Source of the DNA: Candidatus Parcubacteria bacterium
Lineage (GTDB): Bacteria; Patescibacteriota; Microgenomatia; Levybacterales; GWA1-39-11
Reading direction: 5' to 3'
Length of the DNA stretch: 64,000 nucleotides
Assembly: GCA_003599595.1 (NCBI GenBank)
Contig: QZIP01000011.1
Coordinates: 2,638 to 66,637, forward strand
Numbering within the stretch: the first letter of the stretch is position 1; every line of letters starts with the position of its first letter. Of the stretch, positions 62,287 to 64,000 are shown in pieces. Position numbers and translations under genes: made by a program. The notes under the pieces are model-generated. The model made no database searches. It was not told where the DNA came from and saw only the letters and a list, made by a program, of their open reading frames with translations.

Positions 62287-64000
62287 ATGGAGCCAAATAT
62301 CAAGGAAAACCAATCAAATATAAGAAATTTTGCAATTATTGCTCATGTTGACCATGGTAAATCAACTTTAGCAGATAGGCTGCTGGTAATGACAGGGACT
62401 GTATCAAAAGAAAAAATTGGAGAACAATTTTTGGACTCCAATCCTATCGCCCGTGAGCACGGAATAACCATCAAACTCGCACCAGTAAGAATGGAATATA
62501 AATTATCAGATTTAAACCATTCCACCTCGGAGGAGTCATGGCCTCGCAAACTCGGCCTGCCACCGTCCGAGGTGAAGTACATTCTAAATCTTATAGACAC
62601 ACCAGGACATGTCGACTTTTCCTATGAAGTTGTTAGAACCCTACAAGCCTGTGAAGGAGCAGTATTGCTCGTAGACGCTACTAAAGGAATTCAGGCCCAA
62701 ACTGTTGCAAACTATAATTTTGCCAAAAAACTGGGACTCGTAATAATTCCTGTAATCAACAAGATTGATCTTGACAGTGCACAGGTTGAAAAAGCAGAAG
62801 AAGACTTAGTTCTAAGTTTTGGGTTTGACAAACATGAAATCTTGAAAATTTCAGCCAAAAGTGGAGAGAATGTAGAAAATCTGCTTCTTGAGATTATTAA
62901 GAGAATCCCACCACCAACAGGAGACAAAAATGATCCAGCTCAGGCCTTAATCTTTGACTCAATTTATGATGAGCATAAAGGAATTGTGATTTATACAAGA
63001 TTAAAAAACGGCAAGATAAAAAAAGGAGATGAGATAAAATTTATATCAGACAATAGTACTGCAATGGTTCTTGGTACCGGCTATATGCAGCCAATCTACT
63101 CGTTCTCAGAAGAAATCTCAAGCGGAGAAGTGGGTTTTGTTATAACAAATATAAAAGATATTTCAAAAGCAAAAGTTGGGGATACAATAACAACTCTTAA
63201 AGATCCCGGTCCAGCTCTTCCAGGATATATGCCGGTTAAGCCATACGTCTATCTATCTCTCTTTCCTTATTCTGCCTCTGAATTTAACAATTTAAGAAAT
63301 GCCTTCTTAAAGCTGAAGCTTATTGATGCATCCCTATCTTTTACTCCTGAACATTCAGTAATCCTTGGCCCAGGTCTAAGATGTGGTTTTTTAGGACTTT
63401 TACATGCTCAAATTACAATTGAGAGAATAGAAAAGGAATTTGGAATAGATGTTTTTATAGCCCCTCCAAGCATAGAATACATCGTAGACGGTAAAACCAT
63501 TTCCAAACCTCAAGAGTTTGATATGTCAAAAAAGGAAATTTTAGAACCTTATATTAAAGGAGAAATATATACCCCCCATGAATACTTGGGAAATTTATTA
63601 GAACTAATCTATAAAAAAAGAGCAATCCAGAAAGAAATTGTTTATTTTGGATCACAGGTTAAAATTGTTTTTGAAATACCACTATCAGAAGTTGTATTTA
63701 ATTTCTACGACAAAATAAAATCTGCATCTTCAGGTTTTGCATCTTTTGATTATGAATTTTTAGAATACAGAAGAGGAGATCTGGTAAGAGTAGACATTGC
63801 CCTAAATGATAAAGTGGTAGATGAATTATCTTTTATAATTCACAAGTCTGAAACTGAATATTTTGCCCGTGATATTTTATATAAATTAAAAGAAGCAATA
63901 CCAAAACATCAATTTGTGGTGTCTTTGCAGGCAAGGATCGGTGGTAGAGTAATTGCAGGTGAAAAAATAGCCGCTCTTCACAAGAATGTAATTGAAAAAC
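62287..64000 (+). CDS. lepA: Elongation factor 4 (LepA), 3' end runs off the window
   Basis: Not in the ORF track. ATG 62287; IRNFAIIAHVDHGKSTLADR, GITIK, NLIDTPGHVDFSYEV, NKID, ISAK, GFLGLLH, SGFASFDY. Confidence 0.96.
   Translation, partial: MEPNIKENQSNIRNFAIIAHVDHGKSTLADRLLVMTGTVSKEKIGEQFLDSNPIAREHGITIKLAPVRMEYKLSDLNHSTSEESWPRKLGLPPSEVKYILNLIDTPGHVDFSYEVVRTLQACEGAVLLVDATKGIQAQTVANYNFAKKLGLVIIPVINKIDLDSAQVEKAEEDLVLSFGFDKHEILKISAKSGENVENLLLEIIKRIPPPTGDKNDPAQALIFDSIYDEHKGIVIYTRLKNGKIKKGDEIKFISDNSTAMVLGTGYMQPIYSFSEEISSGEVGFVITNIKDISKAKVGDTITTLKDPGPALPGYMPVKPYVYLSLFPYSASEFNNLRNAFLKLKLIDASLSFTPEHSVILGPGLRCGFLGLLHAQITIERIEKEFGIDVFIAPPSIEYIVDGKTISKPQEFDMSKKEILEPYIKGEIYTPHEYLGNLLELIYKKRAIQKEIVYFGSQVKIVFEIPLSEVVFNFYDKIKSASSGFASFDYEFLEYRRGDLVRVDIALNDKVVDELSFIIHKSETEYFARDILYKLKEAIPKHQFVVSLQARIGGRVIAGEKIAALHKNVIEK
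62521..62576 (-). repeat. Palindromic element family A inserted in frame in lepA
   Basis: Reverse strand CACCTCGGACGGTGGC...GACTCCTCCGAGGTGGA closely matches the arms of the intergenic copy at 11480-11526. Confidence 0.88.

Noticed and set aside
1-64000. CRISPR array / cas genes
   Set aside because: Repeats are 7-9-bp tandem units or dispersed hairpins. There are no 25-40-bp direct repeats with unique spacers and no cas-like ORF.

Overview
AT-rich, gene-dense bacterial chromosome segment using the standard genetic code. Gene content points to a Patescibacteria/CPR organism of the Microgenomates group (inference from DUF5667/DUF5663/DUF5657-type proteins, a stand-alone VirB4/VirD4-like ATPase and TrbL-like protein, class II RNR, FemAB, an ATP-cone-Mrr protein and very large orphan proteins). 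It carries an nrdR-nrdJ-pduO B12 module followed by a cobalamin riboswitch, comF, ssrA-smpB, def, three tRNAs (Ile-UAU, Ser-GCU, Ser-UGA), rdgB, yjjX, tlyA, pcrA, tpiA, an LCP protein, a long co-directional pilN-pilO/surface protein/GT39 glycosyltransferase block, rpsT, murJ, purN-purD and a partial lepA. I found no CRISPR array, rRNA, integrase or transposase. The most unusual signals are: (1) families of short palindromes and 7-bp-periodic inverted-repeat elements that fill the intergenic spacers and also sit in frame inside lepA, femAB, pduO and a DUF2298 gene, with probable related inserts in tmRNA; (2) an intact B12 riboswitch-terminator with no recognisable B12 gene behind it; (3) tRNA-Ile(UAU); (4) a tmRNA with non-canonical T-loop and tag; (5) a multi-branch structured RNA candidate leading a GC-rich microprotein cluster next to tRNA-Ser; (6) repeated TAnnnT-N6-ATG leaderless gene starts. 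All family calls come from motif recognition by eye, not database searches.
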